Source: Abditibacteriaceae bacterium
Lineage (GTDB): Bacteria > Armatimonadota > Abditibacteriia > Abditibacteriales > Abditibacteriaceae
Length of the DNA: 42,079 nt
Direction of reading: 5' to 3'
Assembly (NCBI GenBank): GCA_031425655.1
Contig: JANPJS010000093.1
Coordinates: 1 to 42,079, forward strand
Shown here piece by piece: positions 27,469-35,974 of this stretch (positions are counted from its first letter, which is position 1; each line of letters opens with the position of its first letter). The translations under genes were made by a program, and so were the position numbers. The notes below the pieces were generated by a model. The model ran no database searches. It saw only the letters and a list, made by a program, of their open reading frames with translations, and was not told where the DNA came from.

Positions 27469-28512
27469 TCATTTCCCATGGAGTATTTGTTCAATGGCAA
27501 TGGGCATTTCGGGCGCGTTGATGTCTCTGGTTGGCAGTTTATGGATGCTCCAGCGCATTGTGTGCCGCCAGCGCGAGCCTTTTTTGTAAAGGCGCAGCGG
27601 CGATAATAATTCCAGTTCGTTGTAGTGAATATCACGCGGCCCCATGTTCCAAAATTCGACGGGAAAGCCGGCTCTTTCGGCGCCGTCGGGATAATTGCCG
27701 TCGGGCTTGGCAGCGCGCACTACGAACGCCCAGCCGCTTTGCACTGCGACCGCCGCCGAAATCAGCGCGTCGGTGCCGATTTTGAAATTATTGTCGTCGT
27801 TGCCTGCGCTGGGCATCACGCGCAGCAAAGTCGGCGAGACGTTGGAGGTCACGTTGATCGCAATTTTCGGCTTGGCAATCCAGTGAAAATTGTTTTTGTA
27901 GGCGCTGTCCGGATTTACCGGCAGGAAAATCGCGTCTGGCGGCACGATTTGCGTGACGCTCCACAAAGAAAGAAAAAGCGGATCACCTTCGACCTTTTCC
28001 GCCGCCTGTTCGATGACGAAATCGCCGTTGGCGTCGAACCAAAATTGTCGCACCACACGCGTTCCAAAACCGCGCGCGACGCGGCTGACCATCCACAATT
28101 TGCCGTCTTTGACTACCGCTTTATGCCCCATACCGTCCCATTCGGGCGGAGGAGGCCAACCTCTTCCATTGATGGCCACCCACTGGCTTTGTGGCGCCAG
28201 CCATGTTTTGTCGCCGCCGACGTTATTCCAGCCGCCCATCAAAGACTTGCCGGCAGGCGCGCGCCACAGCCAATTCGGCGCCCCAACGCGGCTGAAACTC
28301 ATCACGCGGCCCCATTCGGGCACGATAACGGCCTCGTTCTGGCCGTCCGATAGCTTCCAAGCCTCGCGTCCATCGAACAGCGTTTTCTCGATTTTTGCGA
28401 TGCTTGTCGCTTTCGTCGGCACGATGGCGCCGCGCGTCGCGGGCGTGACATCTTCTGCGGCGTGCCCTACTCCGCTCAACACAATTACGCTTGCCAGCCA
28501 AGCTTTTTTCAT
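27469..28512 (-). CDS. Exported protein, DUF4380-like (galactose mutarotase-like fold)
   Basis: Signal peptide, VP.WGRVM, N.GGDKTW.APQ..W, and ELELLSPL. Confidence 0.65.
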   Translation of the reverse strand: MKKAWLASVIVLSGVGHAAEDVTPATRGAIVPTKATSIAKIEKTLFDGREAWKLSDGQNEAVIVPEWGRVMSFSRVGAPNWLWRAPAGKSLMGGWNNVGGDKTWLAPQSQWVAINGRGWPPPPEWDGMGHKAVVKDGKLWMVSRVARGFGTRVVRQFWFDANGDFVIEQAAEKVEGDPLFLSLWSVTQIVPPDAIFLPVNPDSAYKNNFHWIAKPKIAINVTSNVSPTLLRVMPSAGNDDNNFKIGTDALISAAVAVQSGWAFVVRAAKPDGNYPDGAERAGFPVEFWNMGPRDIHYNELELLSPLRLYKKGSRWRHTMRWSIHKLPTRDINAPEMPIAIEQILHGK

Positions 28513-29213
28513 GCGTTTCTCCTCACAGATGGCCCAATTTCCGGCTCAATATTTTTCCAGTTAAAAAGCAGTCCCGGCGCCACGCCATCGGAGCCAATAT
28601 CGAAGAATTGCACGTCCCCCGCATCGAAATCGGCACGCACAAAAACCGGCCCATGAGCGTGCTTCAACTGCCCGATGTTAATGACGGTTAGCGGTTGTCC
28701 GCTCACCCGCGCAAAGCGGCGCACCATCGGCTTGTGCGTGTGCCCGGCCACCACGAACGCGATGTCCGGCTGTAGATGAATCTTCAATAAATCGAGATTA
28801 TTAGCCAGCCCGTAGCCGTAGTCACCCGGCTCCAATCGGCCCCAATCGTTGTCGCCCATGCCGTGGCAGAGCAAGAGCTTTCCAGCCACGGTTTCAACGG
28901 GCCGCGAAGCCGGCAGTGAGCGCAGATAGTCCCAGGTTCGCGCCTCGACAGTTTCGGGCTGCACGGCTTCGGGCCAGTCGCGTGCTTCGTTGTTAAGCAG
29001 CCAGCGGTCGTGGTTGCCACGCACCGTTAAGACCTCGTTTTCGCGCAGCAAATCACAAACGCGATTCAAATCGCCGCGCCCGTCGGCCAAATCGCCGACG
29101 CAAAGCAGCGCCTCCACGTTTTCGTTCTTGAGAAAATCAATGGCCACGGCGAGGTATTCATCCTCGCAATGCACATCGGGAATCAGTCCAAAACGATGGA
29201 AAGTCTGGCTCAT
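28509..29213 (-). CDS. Metallophosphoesterase (calcineurin-like)
   Basis: DVH, GDL.D, RGNHD, CHG, GHTH motifs. Confidence 0.9.
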   Translation of the reverse strand: MSQTFHRFGLIPDVHCEDEYLAVAIDFLKNENVEALLCVGDLADGRGDLNRVCDLLRENEVLTVRGNHDRWLLNNEARDWPEAVQPETVEARTWDYLRSLPASRPVETVAGKLLLCHGMGDNDWGRLEPGDYGYGLANNLDLLKIHLQPDIAFVVAGHTHKPMVRRFARVSGQPLTVINIGQLKHAHGPVFVRADFDAGDVQFFDIGSDGVAPGLLFNWKNIEPEIGPSVRRNA

Positions 29214-29363
29214 AGTGCATTTCAGTGAAACTCGCGCATAACGCCATTATTCAACAAAGCCACGCCGCGCGGCCTTTCAACGCTTCGGAAAAGCGCGGCG
29301 GCAGCCATGCTTTAGCAGCATTCGCACGTCGCTTTTTCGCTGACGATTCCGGTTTCAAATTCA

Positions 29364-29584
29364 CTCACCTTAAGCGGTGGAGTGTGTTAGGCAGGCAAAT
29401 TCAAGAAGCGCTGTCATTCTGAGCTTGCGAAGAATCTCGGCCTATGCGGTGTTTTTGCTCATGCTGAGTGTGGAGCCGCTTACGCAGAGATTCTTCGCAA
29501 GCTCAGAATGACCAAACTCCTTTGCCTTCCCGTGATTCGCAGGCTAATAGCTGCGCCTACCATAACCCGACCGCGTCAGGGGAG
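29364..29584. mobile_element. MITE-like element C (26-bp perfect GTCATTCTGAG..GAAGAATCTC core)
   Basis: Inner arms at 29413-29438 and 29487-29512. Outer termini are CTCACCTTAAGCGGT..TGTTAGGC and GCCTACCATA..ACCGCGTCAGGGGAG. A second copy is at 41914. Confidence 0.82.
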
Positions 29585-29588
29585 AAAT

Positions 29589-30401
29589 TCAGTTGCGCAG
29601 ACTTTTTTCGCGCAGCAGAGCATCGGCCCAAACCGCGTCTTCAGGGCGCAGCGGCAGCGGCGGCTCGTTCTGATAATTGATGCGCCGCGCGAAATTTCCG
29701 GCTGCGTAACAGTGATCGAAAAGCGCTTGCAAATCCACTACGATGTCGCTGTCTTCGGGCAACAAAGGCACAGCGAAACGCGGCAGCCGCTGGCGCACGC
29801 TGCGCGCCCATACATCGTAAAGATAAGCGGTTGAGGCACGGTGCAAACACACGCAGTAATCGAAATTGCCGCGCGCGAGCAGCGACTCTCGCTCGACGGC
29901 GACGCTGTGCAATCCGCCGCGCAGCAGGTCTATTTCCAGTAAATGGGTGTCGCTGTCCAGCACTTGCTGCTGCTTTTTCACGTAAGAGTCGTGTCCGCGA
30001 TTGCCGCGTGTTTTATTGGCCGGACTAAGCACTTCGATGACGGTCACAACGCGACCTTCGTCGGCCACGGGCACAATTTCAATGAAAACTTCGCGCCGTT
30101 CTGCCGAATAACTCACACGATAAGGCTCATCACTGACGAGCGGCGGCGCTTCGGCCACGGCAACGCCGCCTTCGCTTTCGCCGCGCAGAGGATGCTGCAC
30201 AATCAGCACATCGGGATAAATCGTGCGCTCACGGTCGCCAATATCGGCCACAAAAAGCCGCTCGCCGATATTAGCGACGTAGTGAGAGGGCAGTTTCGCG
30301 TTGAGTTCATCGCCCAAATAGGTGATGAGACGCTGATGAACCGCTGGAAACCAGGCCGAGTGTTCGAGATAAGGATCCATTCCGGGAAACGGGCTGAGCA
30401 T
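29589..30401 (-). CDS. DUF4058 family protein (putative PD-(D/E)XK nuclease-like)
   Basis: M.SPFPGMDPYLE signature, PDV, IEVLSPANK, HLLEIDLLRGG, LP...VPL. Confidence 0.85.
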   Translation of the reverse strand: MLSPFPGMDPYLEHSAWFPAVHQRLITYLGDELNAKLPSHYVANIGERLFVADIGDRERTIYPDVLIVQHPLRGESEGGVAVAEAPPLVSDEPYRVSYSAERREVFIEIVPVADEGRVVTVIEVLSPANKTRGNRGHDSYVKKQQQVLDSDTHLLEIDLLRGGLHSVAVERESLLARGNFDYCVCLHRASTAYLYDVWARSVRQRLPRFAVPLLPEDSDIVVDLQALFDHCYAAGNFARRINYQNEPPLPLRPEDAVWADALLREKSLRN

Positions 30402-30419
30402 AAAAGACCTCCACGCATT

Positions 30420-31182
30420 TCACAGTTTAGTGCGCGCCGCAAAACAGGTCACGCCGCCAAAGTTGTAATCGAAAGCGCGCACGTCGCTAAAGCCGCATTC
30501 GCGTAATAAATGGATGAATTCCGCACGCGAATAAAAGCCGTCAACCGAAGCCGGCAAATACGAATAAGCCGAATTATGCTTGGATATTATGCGTCCCACG
30601 CACGGCAAAATACCTTTGAAGAATAAAGCAAAAATATGGCGCAGAAAAAACGAAGTCGGGCGCATAAATTCTAAAATTAAAACGCGCCCGCCCGGTTTCA
30701 AAACGCGATCTATTTCGCGCAAACCGGCCTGCGTATTTTCAAAATTACGCACGCCAAAACCCACGGTTACGGCATCGAAAAATGCGTCGTCAAACGGCAA
30801 AGCCAGCGCGTCGGCGAAGACGAAGTGGGGCTGGAGGCCGGGTGCCCTCTGGGCAGGTGCTGGAGGCTGGGAAGATTCCGCCTCCCGCCGTCCGCCTCCC
30901 GCCTCCCGCCTTCCGTCTCGCAATTTCCAGCATCGGCTCGGCGAAATCGGCGCCGGTGACGTGGCAGCGCGGCTGGCGGCGCGATATTTCAAAGGCCAAA
31001 TCGCCGGTGCCGCAGCATAAATCGAGAATATTTTCGCCGGCGCGCGGCGTTAATAAACGCACGGCGCGACGGCGCCAGCGCACATCCTGATTGGCCGATA
31101 ATAAATGATTTAACAGGTCGTAGCGTCCGGCGATGGAAGAAAACATCGCCTGCACGCTTTGCGAGGATTTATCAACGGGCAT
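30420..31182 (-). pseudogene. menG: Ubiquinone/menaquinone C-methyltransferase (UbiE/MenG) frameshifted within a repeat insertion
   Basis: 5' frame: VQAMFSSIA.RYDLLN.LLS...D.RWRR, LDLCCGTGD, DF...ML..ARRK. 3' frame: FVFADALALPFDD..FDAVTVGFGVRN, RVLKPGG, AYSYLPAS. The frames switch in the repeat tract at 30826-30915. Confidence 0.88.
30826..30915. repeat. Inverted heptamer arrays plus 20-nt cassette inside menG
   Basis: Minus strand: GGAAGGC GGGAGGC GGGAGGC GGACGGC GGGAGGC ... GCCTCCA GC[ACCTGCCCAGAGGGCACCCG]GCCTCCA GCCCCAC. The cassette is at 30839-30858. Confidence 0.9.
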
Positions 31183-31191
31183 GGCGGCGCT

Positions 31192-31743
31192 TTAAAGATT
31201 TGCGAAGAGGCGCTGAAAAATCTCGTCCATTTCCTGTGGCTGCACCGGCTTCGATTGCGCCGGAGTATATTCAGCAACCAGCGTCACAAGTTCACTGTTC
31301 ATGGAACTGAGGCGACCCGCCAAAGTTTGCGCCATCAAAAACACGAATTGGTTGGCCCAGCGCTCGTTCCACTTCACCGATTCCTCGAAGCGGGCACGGC
31401 TGACCTGCCAGAGTTCGGCATCGCTGGCCGCAACAATGGTGGCAGTGCGCGGCTCGTTCAACAGCAGGCACATTTCGCCTAAAATACTGTTTTCGCCCAC
31501 CCTGCTGACCACACGGTGAGCGCCACCCGGCACGTCGAGTCGCACTTCAAGTTCGCCGTTAATCACCAGAAACATGGTGTCACCGGCGTCGCCCTGCCGA
31601 AACAAAAATTCGCCCTCCTTCAGCTTGATCAATTGCATCCCATCCGATGCTACGGTAGCCTCGGCAGGCGTTAAGTCGCTGAACAATTCGGTCTTTTGCA
31701 AAGCCTGCAATTCGGACTGACTCGTGTTGATTTCTTCGCTCAT
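31192..31743 (-). CDS. Cyclic nucleotide-binding domain protein (no obvious HTH)
   Basis: LFSDL, GE.LFRQGD.GD.MF.V..G.LEV, GEM.LL...PRTAT..A. Confidence 0.88.
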   Translation of the reverse strand: MSEEINTSQSELQALQKTELFSDLTPAEATVASDGMQLIKLKEGEFLFRQGDAGDTMFLVINGELEVRLDVPGGAHRVVSRVGENSILGEMCLLLNEPRTATIVAASDAELWQVSRARFEESVKWNERWANQFVFLMAQTLAGRLSSMNSELVTLVAEYTPAQSKPVQPQEMDEIFQRLFANL

Positions 31744-31784
31744 AATTGCTCCCGCGCTCCTTTGCCGACATCTTGAGAGTTAGC

Positions 31785-33287
31785 TTACGGCATCGGCACG
31801 ATAATGTGTCCATTCACCGAAGGGCTGGGCAGCTTCGCGCCCAATCCCAGTTGCTCCCAGATCTCATCTATTTTTTGCACCGTCGCGCTGTCCATTTTGA
31901 CAACTTCGGGCCATTCGCGCGCGTGGCCTTCGCTCGGCCATTTGCGCGTGGCGTCGAGGCCCATTTTCGAGCCGAATCCCACCATCGGCGCCGCGTGATT
32001 GAGAGAATCCACCGGCCCTTTGACGATTTGCACGTCGCGCGCCGGATCAATGTTATTCGTCACGCGCCAGATAACTTCGCTTAAATTATGCACGTCCACA
32101 TCGTCGTCCACCACGATAATGACCTTCGAGAACATAAGCTGGCCCAAACCCCACAAAGCGTGCATCACTTTGTAGGCGTGGTTGGGATAACGCTTTTTAA
32201 TCGAAACGATAGCCAGATTGTGAAAACACGCTTCAACCGGCAAGTGCATATCCACCAATTCGGGAATCTGCGTTTTAACCAGTGGCTTAAAAATCGTGCC
32301 GACGGCGCCGCCCAAATACGCATCTTCCATCGGGGGAATGCCGACAATCGTGGCCGGATAAATCGGTTTTTTACGCTGCGTGATGCACTTCACGCGGAAA
32401 ACTGGATAATTCTCAATCGGCGTGTAGTAGCCGGTGTGATCGCCAAATGGGCCTTCGGCACGCGATTCGGACGGGTCAATCGTGCCTTCGATGACGTATT
32501 CGCAATCGGCGGGCACTTGAACGTCAATGGTTTCGCACGACACCATTTCCATCGGCTTGCCGCGCAAAAAGCCGGCGAACATCATTTCATCAATTTCTTC
32601 GGGCAGCGGCGCGATGGCGCAAAACGGCAAACACGGGTCGCCGCCCAGGCAAACCGCGGCCTCAATCGGCTGCTGCTTTTCCTGCGCTTCGCGGTAATGC
32701 TGCGCGCCGACTTTGTGAATTTGCCAGTGCATTCCCGCCGTGTTGCGGTCGTAAATCTGAACGCGATACATCCCGACATTGCGCCGCCCGGTGTTCGGAT
32801 TGTGCGTGAAAACCATCGGCAGCGTGATGAACGGCCCGCCGTCGTCCGGCCAGCAGGTGAGAATCGGCAGACGGGACAAATTCACGTCGTCGCCACGCCA
32901 AATAACTTCCTTGCAAGGCCCGCTTTTTACGGATTTAGTGCCCAGACTTTGCAGCGTCGGCAACAATTTGAGGCCGGTTTGCATTTTGGCCAGCAAACCG
33001 GCGGGCGGCGTGGTTTTAATTAAATCTTCGATGCGCGCCGCGATATTTTCGGGCGAATCGTGCAGCGCCAGCGCCATGCGCTCGTGCGAGCCGAAAAGCC
33101 CGATGGCGACGGGCACATCGGGCGCTTCTTTGACGTTTTCAAACAAAAGCGCCGGCCCCGCCTGTTTCACAACGCGGTCGGCGATTTCGGTGATTTCCAA
33201 TTTGGCTGAAAGCGGATGGCGAACGCGCTTTAATTGGTTATGGCGTTCGAGTTCTTGAACAAAAGCGGGCAAATCGTAGGCAGGCAT
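31785..33287 (-). CDS. UbiD-family decarboxylase (menaquinone/futalosine pathway MqnL-like)
   Basis: GPALLFEN, LPIL.CWP.DGGPFITLP, RN.GMYR.Q, EGPFGDHTGYY, G.PPMED, GLGQ.MFSK, SKMG.DAT.KWP.EG. Confidence 0.92.
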   Translation of the reverse strand: MPAYDLPAFVQELERHNQLKRVRHPLSAKLEITEIADRVVKQAGPALLFENVKEAPDVPVAIGLFGSHERMALALHDSPENIAARIEDLIKTTPPAGLLAKMQTGLKLLPTLQSLGTKSVKSGPCKEVIWRGDDVNLSRLPILTCWPDDGGPFITLPMVFTHNPNTGRRNVGMYRVQIYDRNTAGMHWQIHKVGAQHYREAQEKQQPIEAAVCLGGDPCLPFCAIAPLPEEIDEMMFAGFLRGKPMEMVSCETIDVQVPADCEYVIEGTIDPSESRAEGPFGDHTGYYTPIENYPVFRVKCITQRKKPIYPATIVGIPPMEDAYLGGAVGTIFKPLVKTQIPELVDMHLPVEACFHNLAIVSIKKRYPNHAYKVMHALWGLGQLMFSKVIIVVDDDVDVHNLSEVIWRVTNNIDPARDVQIVKGPVDSLNHAAPMVGFGSKMGLDATRKWPSEGHAREWPEVVKMDSATVQKIDEIWEQLGLGAKLPSPSVNGHIIVPMP

Positions 33288-33376
33288 AAGATGAAGGAAA
33301 GTATAGCGGCGTTGGAGCTTTTGCGGCTTCGCGCCCGCACTGCGTTAAACTCGCTGCCACCAAGGAGAACACTTTC

Positions 33377-34333
33377 ATGGAGCGAAAAATTGCCGGTATC
33401 GCACTGGCGTGGAGCCTGGTTTTTTGTCTGCCTGCGTTGGCGGCGCCGAAGAATCAAGCCATAACAATTTTGCCGGAAGGATGCACGGCCACGCTGCGCT
33501 TTTTGCAGCCGAAAGTGGCGGCGGGCGCTATCAATAATGGCGCGCATCAGGCGCCCTTTGAGGTGCGGGTCATCAACGACAAGGGCAAGGGCAAAGGCGG
33601 CGTGGAAGTGGCGCTGCCCATCATCATTAAAGGCGGACGCGGGCCTGAAGACGGCGACCCGCTCTCGGCGCGCCTGCGGTGGTTCAGCAGCGCTGCCGGC
33701 GCCGGAGACGCCCAACCGTCCGCCGCGCCCGACGGCATGGCGCTGACCGACGAAAAGGGCATCGCGCGCGGCCTCTTCACTTCGGGCAACCGCACCGAAA
33801 AAACCGTCATTCAACTGCGCGTCGGCGACAAAGGCGGCCCGACGGCGGAGATTCGGCAGGTGTGGAACGAATACACCGACGAGAAGCGATGGGACGAGGA
33901 AACTCTCGAACAGGGAACGGGCAGTCGCATCCTCTACAAGCTCCGCTATCACCGTGAGGAAGCCGTGCCGCAAGCAGACAACGAGCCGGACGAAGAAAAC
34001 TGGGTTCCCATCAGCGGACACAAAATGTCCATCGCAGTCTCGAAACTGACCATCAACATTGAGCATCCCGACGAAGGCCCGGACGAAGATGGCGATGGCA
34101 AGCCCGATGGCCGCACCGAGGAAAAGATAGTCAGCGAAGAAGACGCCGATAAAACCGAGTGGAATTGGTTTTCTAAATATGCCAAGTTCGACCCCATTAG
34201 CGAGGCCGAAGAAGGCAACTACGTCACGATTTTACGGTTCGAGATTCCTAAAACCCCCGACGGCACAGAACCGTTCAGCGTAAGTTCTTGGGATTACAGC
34301 ATCACCGACGACAACGTCCATGACGAGGATTGA
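33377..34333 (+). CDS. Hypothetical exported protein with Ig-like segment and acidic DxDxDG motif
   Basis: AAGGAG RBS, signal peptide, TDEKG.A...FTSG (Big_1-like), DEDGDGKPD. Confidence 0.7.
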   Translation: MERKIAGIALAWSLVFCLPALAAPKNQAITILPEGCTATLRFLQPKVAAGAINNGAHQAPFEVRVINDKGKGKGGVEVALPIIIKGGRGPEDGDPLSARLRWFSSAAGAGDAQPSAAPDGMALTDEKGIARGLFTSGNRTEKTVIQLRVGDKGGPTAEIRQVWNEYTDEKRWDEETLEQGTGSRILYKLRYHREEAVPQADNEPDEENWVPISGHKMSIAVSKLTINIEHPDEGPDEDGDGKPDGRTEEKIVSEEDADKTEWNWFSKYAKFDPISEAEEGNYVTILRFEIPKTPDGTEPFSVSSWDYSITDDNVHDED

Positions 34334-34402
34334 TGCGCGCCCGGTTGCCGCGCATGAAATCCGCGCTTTGTTTTAGCCCTCATCCGCGACGTTTTCGGTA
34401 AA

Positions 34403-34474
34403 AAAGCGGGGCTGCGCCCTCTTCCAAACGGCGTTGTTCCATTCCGCGTTTGGAAGAGGGCGTAGCCCCGCTTT
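34403..34474. repeat. REP-like palindrome (same family as 26395-26472)
   Basis: AAAGCGGGGCTGCGCCCTCTTCCAAACG ... CGTTTGGAAGAGGGCGTAGCCCCGCTTT, overlapping the PqaA-like stop. Confidence 0.85.
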
Positions 34475-35936
34475 ATTTCGCCCCGGCGTCGGGCTGCGCC
34501 TTCCAGATTATTACATCGGAAGACAGGCGCAGCGGCACTAAAGCGCCCGGCTGCGGCACGTCAATTTCGGCGAAGACGGCGGCGTATGGTAACTCGGCGG
34601 TGCCTGCCGGAACTGCGATTTGCGCTGCGGTTTGTTTGCCGTCGTGCTGCAATTCTTTGAGGCCCGACGACTGCCAGCGCGAAGCGCGAAAATCGCGCGT
34701 AGCCGAACGCGCCGTCCATAAACGCGCGGTATTAATCTTCTCGGTCGCAATCACGCGCAGCGAAACTTTCGCGGCGCCGTTGGCCGCGTCTATCTGCGAA
34801 GTCAGTTCGACTTTGGGTGCGGCTTTTCCGGCGAGCAGGCGCGAAAACCAATTGCTCAGCGAGCCGAAAACGCGAATCTCCTCGCCGCTCATGCTGTGTT
34901 TGGCATTTGGGACATGAAGTACGTCGGTTTGGCCCGGCAAACCGGCGCGATAAAGGTCGAGCGCGTCCAAAGGCCAGTAGGAATCATTGGCCGCGTTGAC
35001 GATGAATTTCGGCATGGTGAAGCGTTGGCGATACGTCCACGGGTCAACCATTGCGCCCAATTGCTGGCCGCGCGGAGTGGCCAACGCGGCGGGCAAATTC
35101 AATTCGGTGTAATCGGAAATGCTTTTGGAAAAACTGCCCCACACTTCGATTTGATGCGGCATCTGGAGCGGCAAATTGAGGTTGTTGTAAACCATCGGCA
35201 TGATGCCGACGACGCGCTTATCGGCGGCGGCGCTCAGCCACGAAGTCCAGCCGCGTTTGCTGGCGCCGGTCACGACAAATTTCTTAATGGGTGCTTTCCA
35301 TTCTTTCGTCGAAAATTCGCTGATGGCATCCATCGATTTGACGGCGCTTTTAGTCATCGGAAAAAGCAGCGGCCAATTCGCATCGCCGGTTTCGAGATAT
35401 TTGGCGAAGGTGTGCGCGATGAGAGCATCTTCGCTGAGTCCGAAAAGCGGCTGATTGGGCACATCGCCCAAAACCGCCACCGGCGCGCCCGTTAAGTTGG
35501 CCACCACTTTGGCCAAGGCCAGTTCTTCGGCGCTGCCCGAACCGTAGGTGATGAGCAGCAAAGCCGTGTCGGGATGCGTCACTTTGGCCGGTCGAATGAC
35601 GCTGAGATGATGCGTCCACGGCTTGCCCTGCCATTCCTGCGAAGTGAGGGTCAATTGCGTGGTTTGCGCGCCGCTGCCGAGCGTTTGCACCATCATGTCA
35701 ACCATGGCGTCGCCGCTTTCCACGACAACTGCAGGAATCGGATTAGCGGTTTTCACCCATTTGTAAAGCGGTTCGGGCCGCGCGATGAAATCGTCTAATT
35801 CGCGCGGAATTGTCGGAATGGCAGCCGGCGAAGTCGGCGCGACTTTCGATGTTTCCTGCGCGCCGCAGCCGGAGGCCAGCAGGCTGGCAGTAGCAAAAAT
35901 AAGTGTCGTTAAACGATATTCGGTGCGATAAATCAT
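34473..35936 (-). CDS. PhoPQ-activated pathogenicity-related (PqaA) family lipoprotein, alpha/beta hydrolase
   Basis: Lipobox LASGC, LTSQ.WQG..W.H, VPNQP, ED..IA.T, FPM.KS...MD, GASKRGWT.W, VDP..Y, PNA.H. Confidence 0.88.
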   Translation of the reverse strand: MIYRTEYRLTTLIFATASLLASGCGAQETSKVAPTSPAAIPTIPRELDDFIARPEPLYKWVKTANPIPAVVVESGDAMVDMMVQTLGSGAQTTQLTLTSQEWQGKPWTHHLSVIRPAKVTHPDTALLLITYGSGSAEELALAKVVANLTGAPVAVLGDVPNQPLFGLSEDALIAHTFAKYLETGDANWPLLFPMTKSAVKSMDAISEFSTKEWKAPIKKFVVTGASKRGWTSWLSAAADKRVVGIMPMVYNNLNLPLQMPHQIEVWGSFSKSISDYTELNLPAALATPRGQQLGAMVDPWTYRQRFTMPKFIVNAANDSYWPLDALDLYRAGLPGQTDVLHVPNAKHSMSGEEIRVFGSLSNWFSRLLAGKAAPKVELTSQIDAANGAAKVSLRVIATEKINTARLWTARSATRDFRASRWQSSGLKELQHDGKQTAAQIAVPAGTAELPYAAVFAEIDVPQPGALVPLRLSSDVIIWKAQPDAGAK

Positions 35937-35974
35937 AATATTTCACCTGTCAGCAAATCGGTTTCCATTGCAAT

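Noticed and set aside
30838..30859. Cassette as a cloning scar or adapter (contains CACCTGC, the AarI/PaqCI site)
   Set aside because: It does not match the TruSeq or Nextera adapter cores I know, the copies differ (GCA versus GCG), and they sit specifically in repeat arms. Not fully excluded without reads.
30830..30867. GCTGGAGGC direct repeats as a 9-bp target-site duplication of the cassette
   Set aside because: They are explained by the pre-existing heptamer array, and the other full copies show no duplication.
25380..33023. Long antisense ORFs (e.g. 25380-26285, 27625-28353, 32088-33023)
   Set aside because: They are shadow frames opposite well-supported genes in GC-rich DNA, with no recognisable motifs.
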